A DNA stretch of 64,000 nt from Eledone cirrhosa (taxonomy: Eukaryota), in contig OZ024741.1 of assembly GCA_964016885.1 (NCBI GenBank), forward strand, positions 210,738,001 through 210,802,000, written 5' to 3'. The position numbers and the translations under genes are program-made. Each line of letters opens with the position of its first letter. Positions within the stretch are counted from its first letter, which is position 1. This document shows positions 13,601 to 26,550 of this stretch, piece by piece. The notes under the pieces are model-generated. The model ran no database searches. It worked only from the letters and a program-made list of their open reading frames with translations, and had not been told where the DNA came from.

Positions 13601-15689
13601 CTATCTCAGCCACAGACCACTTATCTCAGTCTCAGTCCACCTATCTCAGTCTCAGTCCACTGTCTCAGCCTCAGTCCACCTATCTCAGTCACAGTCCACC
13701 TATCTCAGTCTCAGTCCACTGTCTCAGCCACAGACCACTTATCTCAGTCTCAGTCCACCTATCTCAGTCTCAGTCCACCTATCTCAGCCTCAGTCCACCT
13801 ATCTCAGCCACAGTCCACCTATCTCAGCCACAGTCCACTGTCTCATCCTCAGTCAACCTATCTCAGCCACAGTCCACAGTCTCAGCCTCAGTCCACCTAT
13901 CTCAGCCACAGTCTCACTGTCTCAGCCTCAGTCCACTCTCTCAGCCACAGTCCACTTATCTCAGTCTCAGTCCACTGTCTCAGCCACAGTCCACTGTCTC
14001 AGCCTCAGTCCACCTATCTCAGCCACAGTCCACTTATCTCAGTCTCAGTCCACTGTCTCATCCTCAGTCAACCTATCTCAGCCACAGTCCACTGTCTCAG
14101 CCTCAGTCCACTGTCTCAGCCACAGTCCACAGTCTCAGCCTCAGTCCGCCTATCTCAGTCTCAGTCCACCTATCTCAGTCTCAGTCCACCTATCTCAGCT
14201 TCAGTCCACCTATCTCAGCCACAGTCCACCTATCTCAGCCTCAGTCCACTGTCTCAGTCTCAGTCCACTGTCTCAGCCACAGTCCACTGTCTCAGCCACA
14301 GTCCACCTATCTCAGCCTCAGTCCACTGTCTCAGTCTCAGTCCACTGTCTCAGCCACAGTCCACCTATCTCAGCCACAGTCCACCTATCTCAGCCACAGA
14401 CCACTTATCTCAGTCTCAGTCCACCTATCTCAGTCTCAGTCCACTGTCTCAGCCTCAGTCCACCTATCTCAGTCACAGTCCACCTATCTCAGTCTCAGTC
14501 CACTGTCTCAGCCACAGACCACTTATCTCAGTCTCAGTCCACCTATCTCAGCCTCAGTCCACCTATCTCAGCCACAGTCCACCTATCTCAGCCACAGTGC
14601 ACTGTCTCATCCTCAGTCAACCTATCTCAGCCACAGACCACAGTCTCAGCCTCAGTCCACCTATCTCAGTCTCAGTCCACCTACCTCAGCCTCAGTCCAC
14701 CTATCTCAGCCATAGTCCACCTATCTCAGCCACAGTCCACTGTCTCATCCTCAGTCAACCTATCTCAGCCTCAGTCCACTGTCTCAGTCTCAGTCCACTG
14801 TCTCAGCCACAGTCCACTGTCTCAGCCTCAGTACACCTATCTCAGCCACAGTCCACTGTCTCAGCCTCAGTACACCTATCTCAGTCTCAGTCCACTGTCT
14901 CAGCCACAGTCCACTGTCTCAGCCACAATCCACCTAACTCAGCCAGAGTCCACTGTCTCAGCCACAGTCCACTGTCTCAGCCTCAGTCCACTGTGTCAGC
15001 CTCAGTCCACCTATCTCAGCCACAGTCCACCTATCTCAGCCACAGTCCACTGTCTCAGCCTCAGTCCACCTATCTCAGCCACAGTCCACCTATCTCAGTC
15101 TCAGTCCACCTACCTCAGCCTCAGTCCACCTATCTCAGCCACAGTCCACGTATCTCAGCCACAGTCCACTATCTCAGCCTCAGTCCACTGTCTCAGTCTC
15201 AGTCCACAGTCTCAGCCACAGTCCACTGTCTCAGCCACAGTCCACCTATCTCAGCCACAGTCCACTGTCTCAGCTTCAGTCCACCTATCTCAGCCACAGT
15301 CCACCTATCTCAGCCACAGTCCACTGTCTCAGCCTCAGTCCACCTATCTCAGCCACAGTCCACCTATCTCAGCCACAGTCCACTGTCTCAGCCACAGTCC
15401 ATTGTCTCAGCCTCAGTCCACTGTCTCAGCCTCAGTACACCTATCTCAGCCACAGTCCACTGTCTCAGCCTCAGTCCACCTATCTCAGCCACAGTCCACC
15501 TATCTCAGCGACAGTCCACTGTCTCAGCCACAGTCCACTGTCTCAGCCTCAGTCCACTGTCTCAGCCTCAGTCCACCTATCTCAGCCACAGTCCACTGTC
15601 TCAGCCACAGTCCACTGTCTCAGCCTCAGTTCACTGTCTCAGCCACAGTCCACTGTCTCAGCTACAGTCCACTGTCTGAGCCACAGTCC

Positions 15690-18600
15690 ATTGTCTCAGC
15701 CTCAGTCCACTGTCTCAGCCTCAGTACACCTATCTCAGCCACAGTCCACTGTCTCAGCCTCAGTCCACCTATCTCAGCCACAGTCCACCTATCTCAGCCA
15801 CAGTCCACTGTCTCAGCCACAGTCCATTGTCTCAGCCTCAGTCCACTGTCTCATCCTCAGTACACCTATCACAGCCACAGTCCACTGTCTCAGCCTCAGT
15901 CCACCTATCTCAGCCACAGTCCACCTATCTCAGCCACAGTCCACTGTCTCAGCCACAGTCCATTGTCTCAGCCTCAGTCCACCGTCTCAGCCTCAGTACA
16001 CCTATCTCAGCCACAGTCCACTGTCTCAGCCACAATCCACCTATCTCAGCCAGAGTCCACCGTCTCAGCCACAGTCCACTGTCTCAGCCACAGTCCACTG
16101 TCTCAGTCTCATTCCACTGTCTCAGCCTCAGTCCACCTATCTCAGTCTCAGTCCACTGTCTCTGCCTCAGTCCACCTATCTCAGTCACAGTCCACTGTCT
16201 CAGCCACAGTCCACTGTCTCAGCCACAGTCCACCTATCTCAGCCACAGTCCACCTATCTCAGCCACAGTCCACTTATCTCAGTCTCAGTCCACTGTCTCA
16301 GCCACAGTCCACTGTCTCAGCCTCAGTCCACTGTCTTAGCCTCAGTCCACCTATCTCAGTCTCAGTTCACTGTCTCAGCCACAGTCCACTGTCTCTATCT
16401 CGGTCCACCTATCTCAGCCACAGTCCACTGTCTCAGCCACAGTCCACTGTCTCAGCCACAGTCCACTGTCTCAGCTACAGTCCACTGTCTCAGCCACAGT
16501 CCACTGTCTCAGCCTCAGTCCACTGTCTCAGCCACAGTCCACTTATCTCAGCCTCAGTCCACTGTCTCAGTCTCAGTCCACCTATCTCAGCCACAGTCCA
16601 CTTATCTCAGCCACAGTCCACTGTCTCAGCCTCAGTCCACTGTCTCAGCCACAGTCCACTGTCTCAGCCACAGACCACTTATCTCAGTCTCAGTCCACCT
16701 ATCTCAGCCACAGTCCACTTATCTCAGTCTCAGTCCACTGTCTCAGCCACAGTCCACTGTCTCATCCTCAGTCCACCTATCTCAGCCACAGTCCACAGTC
16801 TCAGCCTCAGTCCACCTACCTCAGCCTCAGTCCACCTATCTCAGCCACAGTCCACGTATCTCAGCCACAGTCCACTGTCTCAGCCTCAGTCCACTGTCTC
16901 AGCCACAGTCCACTGTCTCAGCCTCAATACACCTATCTCAGCCACAGTCCACTGTCTCAGCCACAGTCCACTGTCTCAGCCTCAGTCCACTGTCTCAGCC
17001 ACAGTCCACCTATCTCAGCCACAGTCCACTGTCTCAGCCACAGTCCACCTATCTCAGCCTCAGTCCACTGTCTCAGTCTCAGTCCACTGTCTCAGCCACA
17101 GTCCACTGTCTCAGCCTCAGTCCACCTATCTCAGCCACAGTCCACTTATCTCAGTCTCAGTCCACTGTCTCATCCTCAGTCAACCTATCTCAGCCACAGT
17201 CCACTGTCTCAGCCTCAGTACACCTATCTCAGCCACAGTCCACTGTCTCAGCCTCAGTCCACCTATCTCAGCCACAGTCCACCTATCTCAGCCACAGTCC
17301 ACTGTCTCAGCCACAGTCCATTGTCTCAGCCTCAGTCCACTGTCTCATCCTCAGTACACCTATCACAGCCACAGTCCACTGTCTCAGCCTCAGTCCACCT
17401 ATCTCAGCCACAGTCCACCTATCTCAGCCACAGTCCACTGTCTCAGCCACAGTCCATTGTCTCAGCCTCAGTCCACCGTCTCAGCCTCAGTACACCTATC
17501 TCAGCCACAGTCCACTGTCTCAGCCACAATCCACCTATCTCAGCCAGAGTCCACCGTCTCAGCCACAGTCCACTGTCTCAGCCACAGTCCACTGTCTCAG
17601 TCTCATTCCACTGTCTCAGCCTCAGTCCACCTATCTCAGTCTCAGTCCACTGTCTCTGCCTCAGTCCACCTATCTCAGTCACAGTCCACTGTCTCAGCCA
17701 CAGTCCACTGTCTCAGCCACAGTCCACCTATCTCAGCCACAGTCCACCTATCTCAGCCACAGTCCACTTATCTCAGTCTCAGTCCACTGTCTCAGCCACA
17801 GTCCACTGTCTCAGCCTCAGTCCACTGTCTTAGCCTCAGTCCACCTATCTCAGTCTCAGTTCACTGTCTCAGCCACAGTCCACTGTCTCTATCTCGGTCC
17901 ACCTATCTCAGCCACAGTCCACTGTCTCAGCCACAGTCCACTGTCTCAGCCACAGTCCACTGTCTCAGCTACAGTCCACTGTCTCAGCCACAGTCCACTG
18001 TCTCAGCCTCAGTCCACTGTCTCAGCCACAGTCCACTTATCTCAGCCTCAGTCCACTGTCTCAGTCTCAGTCCACCTATCTCAGCCACAGTCCACTTATC
18101 TCAGCCACAGTCCACTGTCTCAGCCTCAGTCCACTGTCTCAGCCACAGTCCACTGTCTCAGCCACAGACCACTTATCTCAGTCTCAGTCCACCTATCTCA
18201 GCCACAGTCCACTTATCTCAGTCTCAGTCCACTGTCTCAGCCACAGTCCACTGTCTCATCCTCAGTCCACCTATCTCAGCCACAGTCCACAGTCTCAGCC
18301 TCAGTCCACCTACCTCAGCCTCAGTCCACCTATCTCAGCCACAGTCCACGTATCTCAGCCACAGTCCACTGTCTCAGCCTCAGTCCACTGTCTCAGCCAC
18401 AGTCCACTGTCTCAGCCTCAATACACCTATCTCAGCCACAGTCCACTGTCTCAGCCACAGTCCACTGTCTCAGCCTCAGTCCACTGTCTCAGCCACAGTC
18501 CACCTATCTCAGCCACAGTCCACTGTCTCAGCCACAGTCCACCTATCTCAGCCTCAGTCCACTGTCTCAGTCTCAGTCCACTGTCTCAGCCACAGTCCAC

Positions 18601-18710
18601 TGTCTCAGCCTCAGTCCACCTATCTCAGCCACAGTCCACTTATCTCAGTCTCAGTCCACTGTCTCATCCTCAGTCAACCTATCTCAGCCACAGTCCACTG
18701 TCTCAGCCTC
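15690..18710. repeat. 1494-bp tandem duplication
   Basis: TCTCTATCTCGG at 16392/17886, CCTCAATACA at 16922/18416, identical spurious ORFs at 15827/17321. Confidence 0.88.
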
Positions 18711-21700
18711 AGTCCACTGTCTCAGCCACAGTCCACAGTCTCAGCCTCAGTCCACCTATCACAGTCTCAGTCCACCTATCTCAGTCTCAGTCCACCTATC
18801 TCAGCTTCAGTCCACCTATCTCAGCCACAGTCCACCAATCTCAGCCTCAGTCCACTGTCTCAGTCTCAGTCCACTGTCTCAGCCACAGTCCACTGTCTCA
18901 GCCACAGACCACTTATCTCAGTCTCAGTCCACCTATCTCAGTCTCAGTCCACCTATCTCAGCCTCAGTCCACCTATCTCAGCCACAGTCCACCTATCTCA
19001 GCCACAGTCCACTGTCTCATCCTCAGTCAACCTATCTCAGCCACAGTCCACAGTCTCAGCCTCAGTCCACCTATCTCAGCCACAGTCTCACTGTCTCAGC
19101 CTCAGTCCACTCTCTCAGCCACAGTCCACTTATGTCAGTCTCAGTCCACTGTCTCAGCCACAGTCCACTGTCTCAGCCTCAGTCCACTGTCTCAGCCACA
19201 GTCCACAGTCTCAGCCTCAGTCCACCTATCTCAGTCTCAGTCCACCTATCTCAGTCTCAGTCCACCTATCTCAGCTTCAGTCCACCTCTCTCAGCCACAG
19301 TCCACCTATCTCAGCCTCAGTCCACTGTCTCAGTCTCAGTCCACTCTCTCAGCCACAGTCCACTGTCTCAGCCACAGTCCACCTATCTCAGCCTCAGTCC
19401 ACTGTCTCAGTCTCAGTCCACTGTCTCAGCCACAGTCCACCTATCTCAGCCACAGTCCACCTATCTCAGCCACAGACCACTTATCTCAGTCTCAGTCCAC
19501 CTATCTCAGTCTCAGTCCACTGTCTCAGCCTCAGTCCACCTATCTCAGTCACAGTCCACCTATCTCAGTCTCAGTCCACTGTCTCAGCCACAGACCACTT
19601 ATCTCAGTCTCAGTCCACCTATCTCAGCCTCAGTCCACCTATCTCAGCCACAGTCCACCTATCTCAGCCACAGTCCACTGTCTCATCCTCAGTCAACCTA
19701 TCTCAGCCACAGTCCACAGTCTCAGCCTCAGTCCACCTATCTCAGTCTCAGTCCACCTACCTCAGCCTCAGTCCACCTATCTCAGCCATAGTCCACCTAT
19801 CTCAGCCACAGTCCACTGTCTCATCCTCAGTCAACCTATCTCAGCCACAGTCCACAGTCTCAGCCTCAGTCCACTGTCTCAGTCTCAGTCCACTGTCTCA
19901 GCCACAGTCCACTGTCTCAGCCTCAGTACACCTATCTCAGCCACAGTCCACTGTCTCAGCCTCAGTACACCTATCTCAGTCTCAGTCCACTGTCTCAGCC
20001 ACAGTCCGCTGTCTCAGCCACAATCCACCTAACTCAGCCAGAGTCCACTGTCTCAGCCACAGTCCACTGTCTCAGCCTCAGTCCACCTATCTCAGCCACA
20101 GTCCACCTATCTCAGCGACAGTCCACTGTCTCAGCCACAGTCCACTGTCTCAGCCTCAGTCCACTGTCTCAGCCTCAGTCCACCTATCTCAGCCACAGTC
20201 CACTGTCTCAGCCACAGTCCACTGTCTCAGCCTCAGTTCACTGTCTCAGCCACAGTCCACTGTCTCAGCTACAGTCCACTGTCTGAGCCACAGTCCATTG
20301 TCTCAGCCTCAGTCCACTGTCTCAGCCTCAGTACACCTATCTCAGCCACAGTCCACTGTCTCAGCCTCAGTCCACCTATCTCAGCCACAGTCCACCTATC
20401 TCAGCCACAGTCCACTGTCTCAGCCACAGTCCATTGTCTCAGCCTCAGTCCACTGTCTCATCCTCAGTACACCTATCACAGCCACAGTCCACTGTCTCAG
20501 CCTCAGTCCACCTATCTCAGCCACAGTCCACCTATCTCAGCCACAGTCCACTGTCTCAGCCACAGTCCATTGTCTCAGCCTCAGTCCACCGTCTCAGCCT
20601 CAGTACACCTATCTCAGCCACAGTCCACTGTCTCAGCCACAATCCACCTATCTCAGCCAGAGTCCACCGTCTCAGCCACAGTCCACTGTCTCAGCCACAG
20701 TCCACTGTCTCAGTCTCATTCCACTGTCTCAGCCTCAGTCCACCTATCTCAGTCTCAGTCCACTGTCTCTGCCTCAGTCCACCTATCTCAGTCACAGTCC
20801 ACTGTCTCAGCCACAGTCCACTGTCTCAGCCACAGTCCACCTATCTCAGCCACAGTCCACCTATCTCAGCCACAGTCCACTTATCTCAGTCTCAGTCCAC
20901 TGTCTCAGCCACAGTCCACTGTCTCAGCCTCAGTCCACTGTCTTAGCCTCAGTCCACCTATCTCAGTCTCAGTTCACTGTCTCAGCCACAGTCCACTGTC
21001 TCTATCTCGGTCCACCTATCTCAGCCACAGTCCACTGTCTCAGCCACAGTCCACTGTCTCAGCCACAGTCCACTGTCTCAGCTACAGTCCACTGTCTCAG
21101 CCACAGTCCACTGTCTCAGCCTCAGTCCACTGTCTCAGCCACAGTCCACTTATCTCAGCCTCAGTCCACTGTCTCAGTCTCAGTCCACCTATCTCAGCCA
21201 CAGTCCACTTATCTCAGCCACAGTCCACTGTCTCAGCCTCAGTCCACTGTCTCAGCCACAGTCCACTGTCTCAGCCACAGACCACTTATCTCAGTCTCAG
21301 TCCACCTATCTCAGCCACAGTCCACTTATCTCAGTCTCAGTCCACTGTCTCAGCCACAGTCCACTGTCTCATCCTCAGTCCACCTATCTCAGCCACAGTC
21401 CACAGTCTCAGCCTCAGTCCACCTACCTCAGCCTCAGTCCACCTATCTCAGCCACAGTCCACGTATCTCAGCCACAGTCCACTGTCTCAGCCTCAGTCCA
21501 CTGTCTCAGCCACAGTCCACTGTCTCAGCCTCAATACACCTATCTCAGCCACAGTCCACTGTCTCAGCCACAGTCCACTGTCTCAGCCTCAGTCCACTGT
21601 CTCAGCCACAGTCCACCTATCTCAGCCACAGTCCACTGTCTCAGCCACAGTCCACCTATCTCAGCCTCAGTCCACTGTCTCAGTCTCAGTCCACTGTCTC

Positions 21701-24700
21701 AGCCACAGTCCACTGTCTCAGCCTCAGTCCACCTATCTCAGCCACAGTCCACTTATCTCAGTCTCAGTCCACTGTCTCATCCTCAGTCAACCTATCTCAG
21801 CCACAGTCCACTGTCTCAGCCTCAGTCCACTGTCTCAGCCACAGTCCACAGTCTCAGCCTCAGTCCACCTATCACAGTCTCAGTCCACCTATCTCAGTCT
21901 CAGTCCACCTATCTCAGCTTCAGTCCACCTATCTCAGCCACAGTCCACCAATCTCAGCCTCAGTCCACTGTCTCAGTCTCAGTCCACTGTCTCAGCCACA
22001 GTCCACTGTCTCAGCCACAGACCACTTATCTCAGTCTCAGTCCACCTATCTCAGTCTCAGTCCACCTATCTCAGCCTCAGTCCACCTATCTCAGCCACAG
22101 TCCACCTATCTCAGCCACAGTCCACTGTCTCATCCTCAGTCAACCTATCTCAGCCACAGTCCACAGTCTCAGCCTCAGTCCACCTATCTCAGCCACAGTC
22201 TCACTGTCTCAGCCTCAGTCCACTCTCTCAGCCACAGTCCACTTATGTCAGTCTCAGTCCACTGTCTCAGCCACAGTCCACTGTCTCAGCCTCAGTCCAC
22301 TGTCTCAGCCACAGTCCACAGTCTCAGCCTCAGTCCACCTATCTCAGTCTCAGTCCACCTATCTCAGTCTCAGTCCACCTATCTCAGCTTCAGTCCACCT
22401 CTCTCAGCCACAGTCCACCTATCTCAGCCTCAGTCCACTGTCTCAGTCTCAGTCCACTCTCTCAGCCACAGTCCACTGTCTCAGCCACAGTCCACCTATC
22501 TCAGCCTCAGTCCACTGTCTCAGTCTCAGTCCACTGTCTCAGCCACAGTCCACCTATCTCAGCCACAGTCCACCTATCTCAGCCACAGACCACTTATCTC
22601 AGTCTCAGTCCACCTATCTCAGTCTCAGTCCACTGTCTCAGCCTCAGTCCACCTATCTCAGTCACAGTCCACCTATCTCAGTCTCAGTCCACTGTCTCAG
22701 CCACAGACCACTTATCTCAGTCTCAGTCCACCTATCTCAGCCTCAGTCCACCTATCTCAGCCACAGTCCACCTATCTCAGCCACAGTCCACTGTCTCATC
22801 CTCAGTCAACCTATCTCAGCCACAGTCCACAGTCTCAGCCTCAGTCCACCTATCTCAGTCTCAGTCCACCTACCTCAGCCTCAGTCCACCTATCTCAGCC
22901 ATAGTCCACCTATCTCAGCCACAGTCCACTGTCTCATCCTCAGTCAACCTATCTCAGCCACAGTCCACAGTCTCAGCCTCAGTCCACTGTCTCAGTCTCA
23001 GTCCACTGTCTCAGCCACAGTCCACTGTCTCAGCCTCAGTACACCTATCTCAGCCACAGTCCACTGTCTCAGCCTCAGTACACCTATCTCAGTCTCAGTC
23101 CACTGTCTCAGCCACAGTCCGCTGTCTCAGCCACAATCCACCTAACTCAGCCAGAGTCCACTGTCTCAGCCACAGTCCACTGTCTCAGCCTCAGTCCACT
23201 GTCTCAGCCTCAGTCCACCTATCTCAGCCACAGTCCACCTATCTCAGCCACAGTCCACTGTCTCAGCCTCAGTCCACCTATCTCAGCCACAGTCCACCTA
23301 TCTCAGTCTCAGTCCACCTACCTCAGCCTCAGTCCACCTATCTCAGCCTCAGTCCACCTATCTCAGCCACAGTCCACCTATCTCAGCCACAGTGCACTGT
23401 CTCATCCTCAGTCAACCTATCTCAGCCACAGTCCACAGTCTCAGCCTCAGTCCACCTATCTCAGTCTCAGTCCACCTATCTCAGCCACAGTCCACTGTCT
23501 CAGCCACAGTCCATTGTCTCAGCCTCAGTCCACTGTCTCATCCTCAGTACACCTATCACAGCCACAGTCCACTGTCTCAGCCTCAGTCCACCTATCTCAG
23601 CCACAGTCCACCTATCTCAGCCACAGTCCACTGTCTCAGCCACAGTCCATTGTCTCAGCCTCAGTCCACCGTCTCAGCCTCAGTACACCTATCTCAGCCA
23701 CAGTCCACTGTCTCAGCCACAATCCACCTATCTCAGCCAGAGTCCACCGTCTCAGCCACAGTCCACTGTCTCAGCCACAGTCCACTGTCTCAGTCTCATT
23801 CCACTGTCTCAGCCTCAGTCCACCTATCTCAGTCTCAGTCCACTGTCTCTGCCTCAGTCCACCTATCTCAGTCACAGTCCACTGTCTCAGCCACAGTCCA
23901 CTGTCTCAGCCACAGTCCACCTATCTCAGCCACAGTCCACCTATCTCAGCCACAGTCCACTTATCTCAGTCTCAGTCCACTGTCTCAGCCACAGTCCACT
24001 GTCTCAGCCTCAGTCCACTGTCTTAGCCTCAGTCCACCTATCTCAGTCTCAGTTCACTGTCTCAGCCACAGTCCACTGTCTCTATCTCGGTCCACCTATC
24101 TCAGCCACAGTCCACTGTCTCAGCCACAGTCCACTGTCTCAGCCACAGTCCACTGTCTCAGCTACAGTCCACTGTCTCAGCCACAGTCCACTGTCTCAGC
24201 CTCAGTCCACTGTCTCAGCCACAGTCCACTTATCTCAGCCTCAGTCCACTGTCTCAGTCTCAGTCCACCTATCTCAGCCACAGTCCACTTATCTCAGCCA
24301 CAGTCCACTGTCTCAGCCTCAGTCCACTGTCTCAGCCACAGTCCACTGTCTCAGCCACAGACCACTTATCTCAGTCTCAGTCCACCTATCTCAGCCACAG
24401 TCCACTTATCTCAGTCTCAGTCCACTGTCTCAGCCACAGTCCACTGTCTCATCCTCAGTCCACCTATCTCAGCCACAGTCCACAGTCTCAGCCTCAGTCC
24501 ACCTACCTCAGCCTCAGTCCACCTATCTCAGCCACAGTCCACGTATCTCAGCCACAGTCCACTGTCTCAGCCTCAGTCCACTGTCTCAGCCACAGTCCAC
24601 TGTCTCAGCCTCAATACACCTATCTCAGCCACAGTCCACTGTCTCAGCCACAGTCCACTGTCTCAGCCTCAGTCCACTGTCTCAGCCACAGTCCACCTAT

Positions 24701-26550
24701 CTCAGCCACAGTCCACTGTCTCAGCCACAGTCCACCTATCTCAGCCTCAGTCCACTGTCTCAGTCTCAGTCCACTGTCTCAGCCACAGTCCACTGTCTCA
24801 GCCTCAGTCCACCTATCTCAGCCACAGTCCACTTATCTCAGTCTCAGTCCACTGTCTCATCCTCAGTAAACCTATCTCAGCCACAGTCCACTGTCTCAGC
24901 CTCAGTCCACTGTCTCAGCCACAGTCCACAGTCTCAGCCTCAGTCCACCTATCTCAGTCTCAGTCCACCTATCTCAGTCTCAGTCCACCTATCTCAGCTT
25001 CAGTCCACCTATCTCAGCCACAGTCCACCAATCTCAGCCTCAGTCCACTGTCTCAGTCTCAGTCCACTGTCTCAGCCACAGTCCACTGTCTCAGCCACAG
25101 ACCACTTATCTCAGTCTCAGTCCACCTATCTCAGTCTCAGTCCACCTATCTCAGCCTCAGTCCACCTATCTCAGCCACAGTCCACCTATCTCAGCCACAG
25201 TCCACTGTCTCATCCTCAGTCAACCTATCTCAGCCACAGTCCACAGTCTCAGCCTCAGTCCACCTATCTCAGCCACAGTCTCACTGTCTCAGCCTCAGTC
25301 CACTCTCTCAGCCACAGTCCACTTATGTCAGTCTCAGTCCACTGTCTCAGCCACAGTCCACTGTCTCAGCCTCAGTCCACTGTCTCAGCCACAGTCCACA
25401 GTCTCAGCCTCAGTCCACCTATCTCAGTCTCAGTCCACCTATCTCAGTCTCAGTCCACCTATCTCAGCTTCAGTCCACCTCTCTCAGCCACAGACCACCT
25501 ATCTCAGCCTCAGTCCACTGTCTCAGTCTCAGTCCACTCTCTCAGCCACAGTCCACTGTCTCAGCCACAGTCCACCTATCTCAGCCTCAGTCCACTGTCT
25601 CAGTCTCAGTCCACTGTCTCAGCCACAGTCCACCTATCTCAGCCACAGTCCACCTATCTCAGCCACAGACCACTTATCTCAGTCTCAGTCCACCTATCTC
25701 AGTCTCAGTCCACTGTCTCAGCCTCAGTCCACCTATCTCAGTCACAGTCCACCTATCTCAGTCTCAGTCCACTGTCTCAGCCACAGACCACTTATCTCAG
25801 TCTCAGTCCACCTATCTCAGCCTCAGTCCACCTATCTCAGCCACAGTCCACCTATCTCAGCCACAGTCCACTGTCTCATCCTCAGTCAACCTATCTCAGC
25901 CACAGTCCACAGTCTCAGCCTCAGTCCACCTATCTCAGTCTCAGTCCACCTACCTCAGCCTCAGTCCACCTATCTCAGCCATAGTCCACCTATCTCAGCC
26001 ACAGTCCACTGTCTCATCCTCAGTCAACCTATCTCAGCCACAGTCCACAGTCTCAGCCTCAGTCCACTGTCTCAGTCTCAGTCCACTGTCTCAGCCACAG
26101 TCCACTGTCTCAGCCTCAGTACACCTATCTCAGCCACAGTCCACTGTCTCAGCCTCAGTACACCTATCTCAGTCTCAGTCCACTGTCTCAGCCACAGTCC
26201 GCTGTCTCAGCCACAATCCACCTAACTCAGCCAGAGTCCACTGTCTCAGCCACAGTCCACTGTCTCAGCCTCAGTCCACTGTCTCAGCCTCAGTCCACCT
26301 ATCTCAGCCACAGTCCACCTATCTCAGCCACAGTCCACTGTCTCAGCCTCAGTCCACCTATCTCAGCCACAGTCCACCTATCTCAGTCTCAGTCCACCTA
26401 CCTCAGCCTCAGTCCACCTATCTCAGCCTCAGTCCACCTATCTCAGCCACAGTCCACCTATCTCAGCCACAGTGCACTGTCTCATCCTCAGTCAACCTAT
26501 CTCAGCCACAGTCCACAGTCTCAGCCTCAGTCCACCTATCTCAGTCTCAG
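17220..26550. repeat. About three copies of a ~3.1-kb higher-order unit (periods 3113 and 3080)
   Basis: TCTCTATCTCGG at 17886/20999/24079, GTCCGCTGT at 20004/23117/26197, GTGCAC at 23392/26472. Confidence 0.85.

Larger units (their letters stand above)
5513..19638. repeat. Tandem ~6.35-kb duplication (copy 1 about 5513-11774; copy 2 about 11864-19638 including an internal 1494-bp duplication)
   Basis: Offset 6351 for markers at 5530/11881 (GCATC), 6363/12714 and 8246/14597 (GTGCAC), 10041/16392 (TCTCTATCTCGG). The offset becomes 6370 after one extra 19-mer, then 7864 after the internal duplication. Confidence 0.9.
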
